64,000 bases of DNA, from the sequence record PV785814.1. One strand, 5' to 3'. The stretch's first letter is position 1. The number at the start of each line of letters is the position of its first letter. Shown here piece after piece: positions 38,961-48,268 of the stretch. The translations under genes and the position numbers were made by a program. Under the pieces are notes generated by a model. That model was not told where the DNA came from. It did not search any database and worked only from the letters and a program-made list of their open reading frames with translations.

Positions 38961-40508
38961 ATGTTAGAATTTATGAAGTTCTGGACAAAAGAAGAAGAGC
39001 AGGACATCCAACAGATTGAGAAAAATCCAGTTCGTTCGTTCTCTGCGCCAGATAACGTAGATGGTGCTAAAGAGATTCATACTAACTTATTAGCACCTCA
39101 ACTTGGTCATGCTGCGATTCCCTCAGACATTCAAGGTGAAGGTACTGTTTCAGTTAAAGAACTGATTAAGGGATACCGCGCACTAGCAGAATATCACGAA
39201 GTCGATGATGCTATTCAAGAAATCGTCGATGAAGCAATCGTTTATGAAAACGATAAAGAAGTTGTATGGCTTAACTTAGATAATACAGACTTCTCCGAAA
39301 ATATCAAGACAAAGATCAATGAAGAATTCGACCGCGTTGTTGGCTTGCTTCAAATGCGTAAGCACGGTTATAAGTGGTTCAGAAAGTGGTATGTTGACTC
39401 TCGAATCTACTTTCACAAGATCTTAGATAAAGATAACAACATTATTGAATTGCGCCCACTCAACCCGATGAAAATGGAGTTGGTTCGCGAGATTCAGAAA
39501 GAAACAATTGAAGGCGTTGAAGTCGTAAAGGGCACGCTTGAATACTACGTGTATAAGCAGTCTGACTACAAAATGCCGTCATGGATGAGCGCAACAAACC
39601 GTGCTCAGACATCATTTCGAATTCCTAAAGATGCAATCGTATTTGCTCACAGTGGGTTAATGCGTGGTTGTGCAGACGATCCGTATATCATCGGCTATCT
39701 TGATCGTGCGATCAAGCCTGCAAACCAGTTGAAGATGCTAGAAGATGCATTGGTAATCTATCGCCTAGCTCGTGCGCCAGAACGTCGTGTATTCTATGTT
39801 GACGTTGGTAACTTGCCTACTCAAAAAGCGCAGCAATACGTAAATGGCATCATGCAAAACGTTAAAAACCGTGTAGTTTACGATACGACTACTGGTCAAG
39901 TTAAGAACACGACTAACGCAATGTCGATGCTTGAAGACTACTACCTACCGCGTCGTGAAGGCTCGAAAGGTACTGAAGTAAGCACGCTGCCAGGCGGTCA
40001 ATCGCTAGGCGATATTGAAGACGTTCTGTACTTCAACCGTAAGCTGTATAAAGCAATGCGTATTCCGACCTCACGTGCGGCGTCTGAAGATCAGACGGGT
40101 GGTATTAACTTCGGTCAAGGCGCTGAAATTACTCGTGATGAATTGAAGTTTACTAAATTCGTAAAACGTTTGCAAACTAAATTTGAAACTGTAATTACTG
40201 ACCCTCTTAAACACCAGTTGATTGTTAATAACATCATTACTGAGGAAGAGTGGGATGCTAACTACGAAAAAATCTATGTAGTATTCAACCAAGATTCGTA
40301 TTTTGAGGAATCGAAAGAATTAGAGATACTAAATAGTCGTATGAATGCAATGCGAGACCTGCAAGAATATGCTGGTAAATATTACAGTCATAAATACATT
40401 CAGAAGAACATTTTACGTTTGTCTGACGATCAAATCACTGCAATGCAGAATGAAATTGATGAAGAAGAGACAAACCCACGATTCCAACAAGACGATCACG
40501 GATTTTAA
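38961..40508 (+). CDS. 20: gp20 portal protein
   Basis: LVIYRLARAPERRVFYVDVGN, MLEDYYLPRREG.KGTEV. Confidence 0.97.
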   Translation: MLEFMKFWTKEEEQDIQQIEKNPVRSFSAPDNVDGAKEIHTNLLAPQLGHAAIPSDIQGEGTVSVKELIKGYRALAEYHEVDDAIQEIVDEAIVYENDKEVVWLNLDNTDFSENIKTKINEEFDRVVGLLQMRKHGYKWFRKWYVDSRIYFHKILDKDNNIIELRPLNPMKMELVREIQKETIEGVEVVKGTLEYYVYKQSDYKMPSWMSATNRAQTSFRIPKDAIVFAHSGLMRGCADDPYIIGYLDRAIKPANQLKMLEDALVIYRLARAPERRVFYVDVGNLPTQKAQQYVNGIMQNVKNRVVYDTTTGQVKNTTNAMSMLEDYYLPRREGSKGTEVSTLPGGQSLGDIEDVLYFNRKLYKAMRIPTSRAASEDQTGGINFGQGAEITRDELKFTKFVKRLQTKFETVITDPLKHQLIVNNIITEEEWDANYEKIYVVFNQDSYFEESKELEILNSRMNAMRDLQEYAGKYYSHKYIQKNILRLSDDQITAMQNEIDEEETNPRFQQDDHGF

Positions 40509-40521
40509 GAGGTAGCACATT

Positions 40522-40689
40522 ATGGGCTTAGAAACAATGGTAGCAGCGGCACGCGACGGTAAACTAGCAGATTTTGAAGCGCAATTCCGCCAAGAAATCG
40601 GGCAACGTGTAGCGGCTCGCATTGACGACATGAAGCAAGAACTTGGTCGTTCAATCAAAGTAGACGGTGAAATCAATCAGGAGGACTAA
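40522..40689 (+). CDS. 67: gp67 prohead core protein (55 aa; absent from the ORF track)
   Basis: Manual translation MGLETMVAAARDGKLADFEAQFRQEIGQRVAARIDDMKQELGRSIKVDGE..., T4 gp67-like; synteny. Confidence 0.85.
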   Translation: MGLETMVAAARDGKLADFEAQFRQEIGQRVAARIDDMKQELGRSIKVDGEINQED

Positions 40690-41174
40690 TGAAGTTCATT
40701 TCCGAAGCCGTTCAAGATAAGATGGTAGAAGACTTGGTTGAAGCAGTACTTGACGGTCACTTAGATCGTCAAGATATTAGCGACACGATCAAGGCATTTG
40801 CCGAAGCTGAAGACATTGGGGTTCATAGCAACGCTGAGATTACAAACTCGGTGAATGTTGTACTTGATGCGATTAGTTCTCTTGAAGACGGATTATCATT
40901 TGAAGAAGTTTGCGAAAAGTTCAATCTTAACGAACGCATGGTTAAAAGCGTATCGGTGGGTCGTCAAAAAATGGGCGGGCCGCTGATTAAACGCCAAAAA
41001 GACCGCGAGACGCGCAAACGAAAAGCAACACAAACAACAGGTCTAAGTAAGTCGAAGCGTGTTAAAACTGCTCGTAAAGCAGCTAAGACTCGCAAGCGCG
41101 ACGTTTCAGGTAAACGCATTGCGAATAAGAAGCGTAAAAAATCGCTTAAAAAACGCAAACAACTAGGGCTTTAA
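40689..41174 (+). CDS. 68: gp68 prohead core protein
   Basis: Basic C-terminus RETRKRKATQTTGLSKS.R...ARKAAKT. Confidence 0.9.
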   Translation: MKFISEAVQDKMVEDLVEAVLDGHLDRQDISDTIKAFAEAEDIGVHSNAEITNSVNVVLDAISSLEDGLSFEEVCEKFNLNERMVKSVSVGRQKMGGPLIKRQKDRETRKRKATQTTGLSKSKRVKTARKAAKTRKRDVSGKRIANKKRKKSLKKRKQLGL

Positions 41175-41176
41175 TT

Positions 41177-41818
41177 ATGGAATTACAACTATTAATTGAA
41201 GACTGGGGCGTATCGAGTTTTGCTACTTCCGAAACGGGCGAAAAACCTCTTGTTGAAGCTAAAATGCCTGCCGAAAAAGGCGGCGACTTGTATATTGAAG
41301 GGATTTTCATGCAATCGAATGTCGTGAACCGCAATGGTCGCAGATATCCGAAAAAAGTCATGGAAAATGCCGTATCTAAATACATTCAAGAGCAAGTCAA
41401 GACGAATCAAGCGTTAGGCGAGCTTAATCACCCTAGCCGTTCAAACGTCGATCCTGCTGAAGCTGCAATTCGAATTACTGAGTTGTGGTGGGATGGCGAT
41501 AACGTAATGGGTAAAGCAATCGTACTAAATACTCCGAAGGGACAAATCGTTCGCGGTCTAATCGAAGGCGGTTGGGTACCGGGTGTGAGTTCACGAGGTC
41601 TTGGTTCAGTTAAACAAGTTGACGGGATCAACGAAGTACAAGACTTTCGTCTTACAGTTGGTGTAGATGTAGTGTGGGGTCCAAGTGCGCCTGCTGCATA
41701 CGTTAAACCAGTAACTGAGTCAAATGAAGCTGCTAAACCAGTAAAAACAGAAGAAATTACCGAAAGTAATGACGCTGAGTTTGCGAAACTAGCGGAAACG
41801 TTAAAAACTCTCTTATAA
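41177..41818 (+). CDS. 21: gp21 prohead protease
   Basis: IEGIFMQS.VVNRNGRRYP, GELNHP, GVSSRGLGS, DVVWGPSAP. Confidence 0.97.
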   Translation: MELQLLIEDWGVSSFATSETGEKPLVEAKMPAEKGGDLYIEGIFMQSNVVNRNGRRYPKKVMENAVSKYIQEQVKTNQALGELNHPSRSNVDPAEAAIRITELWWDGDNVMGKAIVLNTPKGQIVRGLIEGGWVPGVSSRGLGSVKQVDGINEVQDFRLTVGVDVVWGPSAPAAYVKPVTESNEAAKPVKTEEITESNDAEFAKLAETLKTLL

Positions 41819-41850
41819 ATATATAAAACATATTTAAGGAATTGAAGAAG

Positions 41851-42693
41851 ATGCAAATCAAAGAGCAACTACTTGAAGCGGTATCGAAAGACGATACTAA
41901 AATCACTACTGCTTTGGATGGCATTTTTGAATCGGTTGAACTTTCCGAAGATGTTCGTAATAAGTTCAGCACTGTTTTCGAAAGTGTAATTAAAACTAAA
42001 GCCGTTGAGCTTGCGGAAGCACATATTGCTGAAGCTGCTGAAAAGGCTGAAGCAGTAATCAACGAACACAAAGAAGAGCTAAATGAAGCTGCTGAAAAAT
42101 ACGGCGAACATCTAGCAGAACAAATGGCGAACAAACTTGATTCGTATCTTGACCACGTTGTTGAAGCTTGGATGGCTGAAAACAAACTGGCGGTTGAAAA
42201 CGGTCTTAAAGTTTCTATGTTCGACGGCTTGATGGAAGGCATGAAAAATGTATTCATCGAGAACAACGTTCACTGCCCAGACGACAAGATCGACATGATC
42301 GAAGCTCTTGAAGAAAACATTCAAGATCTTGAAGGTCGCCTAGACGCAGTTGTTGTCGAAAATCGCCAACACAAAGAATACGCTAACTACGTAGAAAAAA
42401 ATATCATCATCGAACGTGTAACTGCGGGCATGGCTGAATCTCAAAAAGAGAAAGTTTCTGACCTAGCAGAATCAATTCGATTCGATGAGCACTTTGAAGA
42501 CAATCTAAATAGTGTTATCAAGTTCGCTGCTGGTATCAAACTTGCTGAAAAAGAAGATATGCCAGACGACAAGAAGCCGGCTGATAAAAAAGACGGTGAA
42601 GAAGACGCTGAGAAGAAAGACGACAAAGAAATGAAAGAATCCGCAGTACCTTCAATGGCTGCATATCTAAACGCTGCTCGTTCTACTCGATAA
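41851..42693 (+). CDS. 22: gp22 prohead scaffold protein
   Basis: FESVELSEDV..KF.TVFE, YLDHVVE.WM.EN; late promoter TATAAATA at 41814-41821. Confidence 0.93.
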   Translation: MQIKEQLLEAVSKDDTKITTALDGIFESVELSEDVRNKFSTVFESVIKTKAVELAEAHIAEAAEKAEAVINEHKEELNEAAEKYGEHLAEQMANKLDSYLDHVVEAWMAENKLAVENGLKVSMFDGLMEGMKNVFIENNVHCPDDKIDMIEALEENIQDLEGRLDAVVVENRQHKEYANYVEKNIIIERVTAGMAESQKEKVSDLAESIRFDEHFEDNLNSVIKFAAGIKLAEKEDMPDDKKPADKKDGEEDAEKKDDKEMKESAVPSMAAYLNAARSTR

Positions 42694-42763
42694 GCAATAA
42701 AACGCAATTTCGCGTTGTATAAATACTTTTGTAAATTTTAGAATTAATTAAGGAATCATTCAA

Positions 42764-44311
42764 ATGAACCTAACTGAAAAATGGAAAGACTTGCTTGAAG
42801 CAGAAGGCGCAGACATGCCAGAGATTGCAACTGCAACTAAGCAAAAAATCATGTCGAAAATCTTTGAAAACCAAGATCGCGACATCAACAACGACCCAAT
42901 GTATCGTGACCCACAGCTAGTTGAAGCATTCAACTCTGGTCTTAACGAAGCTGTAGTTAACGGTGACCACGGTTACGATCCTGCGAATATCGCTCAAGGC
43001 GTTACTTCAGGTGCAGTAACTAACATCGGTCCTACCGTAATGGGTATGGTTCGTCGTGCTATTCCACAGCTTATCGCATTCGATATTGCTGGTGTTCAGC
43101 CAATGACTGGCCCTACTAGCCAAGTGTTTACACTTCGCTCAATCTACGGCAAAGATCCGCTAACTGGCGTTGAAGCATTCCACCCAACTCGTCAAGCTGA
43201 CACTTCATTCTCTGGTCAAGCTGCTGCAAGCACTATCGCAGACCTACCAGACACTGGCGCAGCAACTGACGGTACTCCATACAAAGCTGTAGTAGCTTCT
43301 GTAGGTGGCGACGCTGACACTGTACGTTACTTCCTAGCACTTGGTGCTGTGACTGTAGCTGTAGCGGGTGCAATGACAGTTGATGAATACACTACTCTAG
43401 TGTCAAGCGGTCTGATTGTTGAAATCGACGCAGGTATGGCAACTTCACAAGCTGAACTACAAGAATCATTCAATGGTTCAAGTAACAACGAGTGGAACGA
43501 AATGTCATTCCGCATCGACAAACAGGTTGTTGAAGCGAAATCTCGTCAATTGAAAGCTCAATACTCAATCGAGCTTGCACAAGACCTACGTGCTGTACAC
43601 GGTCTAGACGCTGACGCTGAACTGAGCGGCATTCTTGCTAACGAAGTTATGGTTGAGCTTAACCGCGAAATCGTTAACCTAGTTAACTCTCAAGCTCAAA
43701 TCGGTAAGTCTGGCTGGACTAAAGGCGCTGGTGCTGCTGGTGTGTTTGACTTCTCAGACGCAGTAGACGTGAAAGGTGCTCGTTGGGCGGGTGAAGCTTA
43801 CAAAGCTCTATTGATCCAAATCGAAAAAGAAGCGAACGAAATCGGTCGTCAAACTGGTCGTGGTAACGGTAACTTCATCATTGCATCACGCAACGTAGTT
43901 TCTGCACTATCAATGACTGATACTCTTGTTGGCCCTGCTGCACAAGGTATGCAAAACGGCTCAATGAACACTGACACAAATCAAACTGTGTTCGCGGGTG
44001 TTCTAGGTGGTCGCTTCAAAGTGTACATCGACCAATACGCAGTGAACGATTACTTCACAGTTGGTTTCAAAGGTAGCACTGAAATGGACGCAGGTGTGTT
44101 CTACTCACCATACGTACCGCTGACTCCACTACGTGGTTCAGACAGCCGCAACTTCCAACCAGTAATCGGGTTCAAGACTCGTTACGGTGTGCAAGTTAAC
44201 CCATTCGCAGATCCGAACGCAACTCACACTAAAGTGGGTAACGGCGCTCCAGTTGCTGCTTCAATGGGCAAAAACGCTTACTTCCGTCGCGTATTCGTTA
44301 AAGGTCTATAA
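42764..44311 (+). CDS. 23: gp23 major capsid protein
   Basis: LVRRAIP/IAFDIAGVQPMTGPT, SRQLKAQYSIELAQDLRAVHG, FQPVIGFKTRYG; TATAAATA at 42718-42725. Confidence 0.98.
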   Translation: MNLTEKWKDLLEAEGADMPEIATATKQKIMSKIFENQDRDINNDPMYRDPQLVEAFNSGLNEAVVNGDHGYDPANIAQGVTSGAVTNIGPTVMGMVRRAIPQLIAFDIAGVQPMTGPTSQVFTLRSIYGKDPLTGVEAFHPTRQADTSFSGQAAASTIADLPDTGAATDGTPYKAVVASVGGDADTVRYFLALGAVTVAVAGAMTVDEYTTLVSSGLIVEIDAGMATSQAELQESFNGSSNNEWNEMSFRIDKQVVEAKSRQLKAQYSIELAQDLRAVHGLDADAELSGILANEVMVELNREIVNLVNSQAQIGKSGWTKGAGAAGVFDFSDAVDVKGARWAGEAYKALLIQIEKEANEIGRQTGRGNGNFIIASRNVVSALSMTDTLVGPAAQGMQNGSMNTDTNQTVFAGVLGGRFKVYIDQYAVNDYFTVGFKGSTEMDAGVFYSPYVPLTPLRGSDSRNFQPVIGFKTRYGVQVNPFADPNATHTKVGNGAPVAASMGKNAYFRRVFVKGL

Positions 44312-44330
44312 GACTAGCGAAACAGACAAA

Positions 44331-44358
44331 CAAAAGGGACTCTTCGGAGTCCCTTTTT
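44331..44358. terminator. Bidirectional terminator with UUCG tetraloop
   Basis: AAAAGGGACTC-TTCG-GAGTCCCTTTTT between convergent 23 and cca. Confidence 0.88.
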
Positions 44359-44362
44359 GCGT

Positions 44363-45451
44363 TTATAGACTATGCAAATAATCGTATGCGATAGCCACTC
44401 GCGCATCATGTAACGCAGCACCATATGCAGGTCCCGGCTCAACATCGACTTTAATGTTTCGTGTCAGTAAGATCAGTTCTGTCATTACTTTACGCGATAA
44501 CTCATCACTGACTTGTGTCAGTGCGACTCTGAACGGCAAACCTTGCTTATATGCACCTAGATACTCAAGCGTTGTAATGATTGATTCGTCGAGTGCGTGT
44601 GAGTTATTGAGGGAAAGCAAAATCTCAGACGTTTTATCAAACTGCTTAGTTGCACCGAATTTGGCAGTGTAGCGATTGCGATGGTCAAACGCTGCCCATT
44701 TAGCCATTAACAGCACGTCTTTCTCAACTTCAAACGGCAATGTTTTGAAGTGTTTCAAACTCATCAACTCACGAATACTAGGTACAGAACAGAACCCCAC
44801 GCGACCTAAGAATGCAAAATACATGTAGGCGTCTTTTTCTGTCAGTGCTTTTTGAGTCTCTAACCAAACACGTTCTTTCGGTAGATTATCAAGCATACCA
44901 TCAGCTACCATTTTCTTGCAAAGCTCGAAAGTTTCTTCGGCGACTTTGAATCCCATACTGTAGTAACGAGCAAAGAAACGTGCAACTCGTAGAACACGTA
45001 ATGGGTCTTCAGCAAATGCTTCAGTCGTGTGTCGAAGAATCTTGTTTCTCAAGTCGTCTAGACCGCCGTACGGGTCGATGACATCTTCAGTCGAACCCCA
45101 CATAAACAAGCTGTTTGGCGTCATGTCTGGGATTGCCATTGAGTTGATAGTCAGATCTCGACGAGATAAATCATCTTCTAATGTCACACCATCGGTTGTG
45201 AACGTAAAGTCAGTTGTTTTGCCACCCGTGCTTCTCTCAACACGTGCGAGTGCAACTTCATTGCCTTGTTGGTCCAACCACACGGGAAAATCTGCGCCGA
45301 TAGGTTCACCGTACATCATTTTCATTTGTTCGTGTGTGCAGTTTGTCACGACATAATCAATGTCGTTCGGGAACTGAGCCCAACCATCAACATGTTTTAG
45401 AATTGAGTCGCGAACTGCACCGCCAACGATATATTTCTTCATTTCGAACAT
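44363..45451 (-). CDS. cca: tRNA nucleotidyltransferase (CCA-adding enzyme, class II)
   Basis: YIVGGAVRD, DIDY, DLSRRDLTINSMA, EDPLRVLRVARF, ERVWLE; ATG at 45451 after GGAG; promoter TTGACT(45499-504)-17-TATTGT(45476-81). Confidence 0.93.
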   Translation of the reverse strand: MFEMKKYIVGGAVRDSILKHVDGWAQFPNDIDYVVTNCTHEQMKMMYGEPIGADFPVWLDQQGNEVALARVERSTGGKTTDFTFTTDGVTLEDDLSRRDLTINSMAIPDMTPNSLFMWGSTEDVIDPYGGLDDLRNKILRHTTEAFAEDPLRVLRVARFFARYYSMGFKVAEETFELCKKMVADGMLDNLPKERVWLETQKALTEKDAYMYFAFLGRVGFCSVPSIRELMSLKHFKTLPFEVEKDVLLMAKWAAFDHRNRYTAKFGATKQFDKTSEILLSLNNSHALDESIITTLEYLGAYKQGLPFRVALTQVSDELSRKVMTELILLTRNIKVDVEPGPAYGAALHDARVAIAYDYLHSL

Positions 45452-45523
45452 TTTAAATCTCCTTTGTAGACCTACACAATACAAGACTAAATAATATAAG
45501 TCAACCAGATATATGGGAAGATT

Positions 45524-45865
45524 ATGGAATATACGAAATACGAAATAGAAAAGTATCGAAGTCGCCGTAGTCATGGTATCAATCTACCTGATTACAAAGG
45601 GGCGATTTACATCGACTTGCAAAGCAGCCCATGCGGATCAGACAGCAATTATTTCGCTGTGCTTAATAGCGAAGAGCAAGTTGCAGTCGAGATAGCTTTC
45701 GGAGGGTATTATAACGAAACTGAGCCAGACCGTGACCCGATACCAGAAGATACAGATTTTCATTTGATTGGCTCTCAAGGACATTACGAAGTTCAAGGGA
45801 GAATGTTTAACAGCAACATGCGAGTTTGGCTGCGTGGTGTAGGTAGAATAACAGTAATTTACTAA
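45524..45865 (+). CDS. Hypothetical protein (113 aa)
   Basis: ORF downstream of ACTAAATA (45486-45493), directly before the foldon fibre gene. Confidence 0.7.
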   Translation: MEYTKYEIEKYRSRRSHGINLPDYKGAIYIDLQSSPCGSDSNYFAVLNSEEQVAVEIAFGGYYNETEPDRDPIPEDTDFHLIGSQGHYEVQGRMFNSNMRVWLRGVGRITVIY

Positions 45866-45874
45866 GGAAATATT

Positions 45875-47335
45875 ATGTCAAGTATTAATATACCGGGCTT
45901 CGGGTTTACTGCTATCCCTGAAGCACCAAACGACGGTCAGCTTTACGCTCGTCGTGATGCTACATGGGAGCTTGTAGCTCTATCAGATGGTGTATTAGAA
46001 GCACCAGCCGATGGTACTGAGTACGTAAGAAAAGATTTTCAATGGGTAAACCCAACATATCCGATGTATTCAGCCGTTGAGATTTCATTTACGGCAACCG
46101 ACTCTGGTATTCAGGCAATAAACGTTGCAGATGCTATTGAAGAGCTTTATGAAAAATACCCAGAAAATATGGTATTCGTTCGAAGTTCTGCCGACTTGCC
46201 AACACCGCAATTACTAAACGGTGTCCTGACTCACAAACTTGAGGCATATGAATATGTAATTGATGGGGATGTGTCAATAGCCGCAGCAATAGCATTCCCG
46301 GGTCCCGGTCTAAATGCTACGATTCGTGCAGTGAACCGTTCTATTTTGACTTACACTGGAACAGCGGCAATGTTTCATGACTTGAACGCACAAGGTGCAA
46401 TCGAAATTGGTGGTCAAACTGAGTTTCAAGCGCCAAATGGGGATATGTTCAACTTACTATCAGGCGCAGCCGGATTTTCGTTTCAGTCGTCTAAAGCTGA
46501 CCGTTTTACAAATTGTGATTCGCTAGGTGAAGTGTATTGTAGTGGTCTATCGACGTTTGTATTGAACAATGGTACATTTAGAAACTTCAATCAGGGACTA
46601 ATTGTTCATGACCCGGGTTTCTTTGAAATCAATACGTTCTTTGCATTCGGTAACAACCAAGTCGGGTGTACATATTTCACAGTTGAGGGAACATCGTCTT
46701 CTGGCTCAGTGAACATGGATACATTGACTGTTTCAGTCGGATCAAACGAAACAGTATTCAACTTCAACCCTAATATTCAGAACACAATTGATACGATTAA
46801 TGTCAGAGATTGCACACTGAGAGGTCCATTGAATGGTCAAGTATTCGCGCCGGGTAGTTTAACACCACGTGACCGCAAATTTGAAGCATCAGGCAATACT
46901 CTTATCGGTAACACTGTTCATGGTGGCTTGATTTATCTGAGCGGTAATACGACACAAACACCAGTTGCAGCAATCAATACGCCGACTAAGGCACTTGGCA
47001 CGTGGACAACTGCTGATATATCTCACTTCAATCACACAGTCAACGGTGCATTACAATCGGAAGTCATACGCAATATATCGAGTAGCGTTGATTTGTCTGT
47101 AAGTGTTCAACCGGCTTCTGGTAACGGTGTTGTAATCCGATGCTATCTAGCTAAGAATGGCGTTCCGATTGCAGGTAGTGCAAAAACAACAACTGCTGAT
47201 AACGGAAAAACGGCAAACTTGTCTATTTCATGGCATGTTGATATAGCACAGAACGATTATTTTGAATTGTTTGTAGAGAACAGAACTGGTACAACACCAA
47301 TCATCGTCACGGACGCGACATTGCGCATACCGTAA
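45875..47335 (+). CDS. Putative trimeric virion fibre: two N-terminal foldons, beta-rich shaft, C1q/TNF-like tip
   Basis: IPEAPNDGQLYARRDATW and VLEAPADGTEYVRKDFQW resemble the T4 foldon [20 protein letters not shown]. Confidence 0.7.
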   Translation: MSSINIPGFGFTAIPEAPNDGQLYARRDATWELVALSDGVLEAPADGTEYVRKDFQWVNPTYPMYSAVEISFTATDSGIQAINVADAIEELYEKYPENMVFVRSSADLPTPQLLNGVLTHKLEAYEYVIDGDVSIAAAIAFPGPGLNATIRAVNRSILTYTGTAAMFHDLNAQGAIEIGGQTEFQAPNGDMFNLLSGAAGFSFQSSKADRFTNCDSLGEVYCSGLSTFVLNNGTFRNFNQGLIVHDPGFFEINTFFAFGNNQVGCTYFTVEGTSSSGSVNMDTLTVSVGSNETVFNFNPNIQNTIDTINVRDCTLRGPLNGQVFAPGSLTPRDRKFEASGNTLIGNTVHGGLIYLSGNTTQTPVAAINTPTKALGTWTTADISHFNHTVNGALQSEVIRNISSSVDLSVSVQPASGNGVVIRCYLAKNGVPIAGSAKTTTADNGKTANLSISWHVDIAQNDYFELFVENRTGTTPIIVTDATLRIP

Positions 47336-47370
47336 TAAATAGAACTGAATGAATTAATTTGGAGATTCAA

Positions 47371-47871
47371 ATGAGTCAATTGAAAACACATGCAGATTCA
47401 CTAACAAAAGCTGAACTAGATGAATTCGCACAAGAATATTTCGGCATCGACTTAGATCGTCGTAAATCAAAAGGCGCAATGACTAAAGCACTGCTAGAAG
47501 CTGCTGAAGACAAAACGCCACTTAAACAACTGCCATGGGAAGAGCTTCTTTTAGAAGAAACGCCTGAGCCAGAAGCTGTAGTTGTCCCGGAACCAGTAGC
47601 TGAAGTGAAAGAAACGCCAGTAGTCGAACTACCGAAAGATGAATCATTCTCGCCTATCAAGCTTGCATTCAAGCGCGGTGCTGAACAATTCATGATTGCG
47701 TCTGCTTCTGCCGTTGACTCTGCAACTGCAATTTTATCAGGCAAAGATACGCTTGAAAGTGTATTGGCGTCTGATCTGCGTGTCGTGAAATCAATTTTAC
47801 ATTACGTCGAACGTGATGGTAAAGTGTTAGTTCGCGAGACTCGAAACAGTCAATTTATCACAATCAAATAA
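47371..47871 (+). CDS. inh: Inh-like prohead protease inhibitor, copy 1
   Basis: ELDEFAQEYFGIDLDRRKSKGAM resembles T4 Inh LAEYAEQFGIKVKKNKS; C-terminal VLVRETRNSQF. Confidence 0.7.
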   Translation: MSQLKTHADSLTKAELDEFAQEYFGIDLDRRKSKGAMTKALLEAAEDKTPLKQLPWEELLLEETPEPEAVVVPEPVAEVKETPVVELPKDESFSPIKLAFKRGAEQFMIASASAVDSATAILSGKDTLESVLASDLRVVKSILHYVERDGKVLVRETRNSQFITIK

Positions 47872-47880
47872 GGTAACGAA

Positions 47881-48210
47881 ATGACAACACCAATCAACAC
47901 AGAACTGAACTTGACTGTTACTACAGATCAAACCGTAGTTGATGCTGCTATTCTAGCAAAAAGCGGCTACGATGATGCTGATCAGTCACCGCTAAACCAC
48001 AACGGTGAAACGTACATCATCGTTGACAAGCAAACTTATGCTGAACTAGAAGCTGCAATCGCATCAGGTGCAGTTGGTTCAATCGACGGTCTATCTCAAG
48101 AATGCGTTGACATTCTAGCAGGTGCCGAAGATGGTATCACTCTATTGTGTCGCGAACATACGAATAGTCGATTCTTCAGAATTGAATTCGTTGTTGCTGT
48201 AGCACCATAA
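47881..48210 (+). CDS. Hypothetical protein, possibly virion-associated
   Basis: ORF with RBS in the late operon; terminator at 48211-48240. Confidence 0.7.
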   Translation: MTTPINTELNLTVTTDQTVVDAAILAKSGYDDADQSPLNHNGETYIIVDKQTYAELEAAIASGAVGSIDGLSQECVDILAGAEDGITLLCREHTNSRFFRIEFVVAVAP

Positions 48211-48268
48211 CAAAAAGCCCGCTAAATGCGGGCTTTTTTTAGGTCTGTGCGACGCTCTGTATGCGATT

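Noticed and set aside
41428-42707. Antisense ORFs in genes 21/22 (e.g. 41757..42266)
   Set aside because: Shadow ORFs of conserved essential genes; Ser/Phe-rich mirror of Glu/Lys-rich sense codons
44363-45574. 403-aa cca, 209-aa gp16, 1272-aa gp34 and 144-aa uvsY long starts
   Set aside because: Extensions run through promoters or intergenic DNA; downstream ATGs have RBSs and match homologue N-termini
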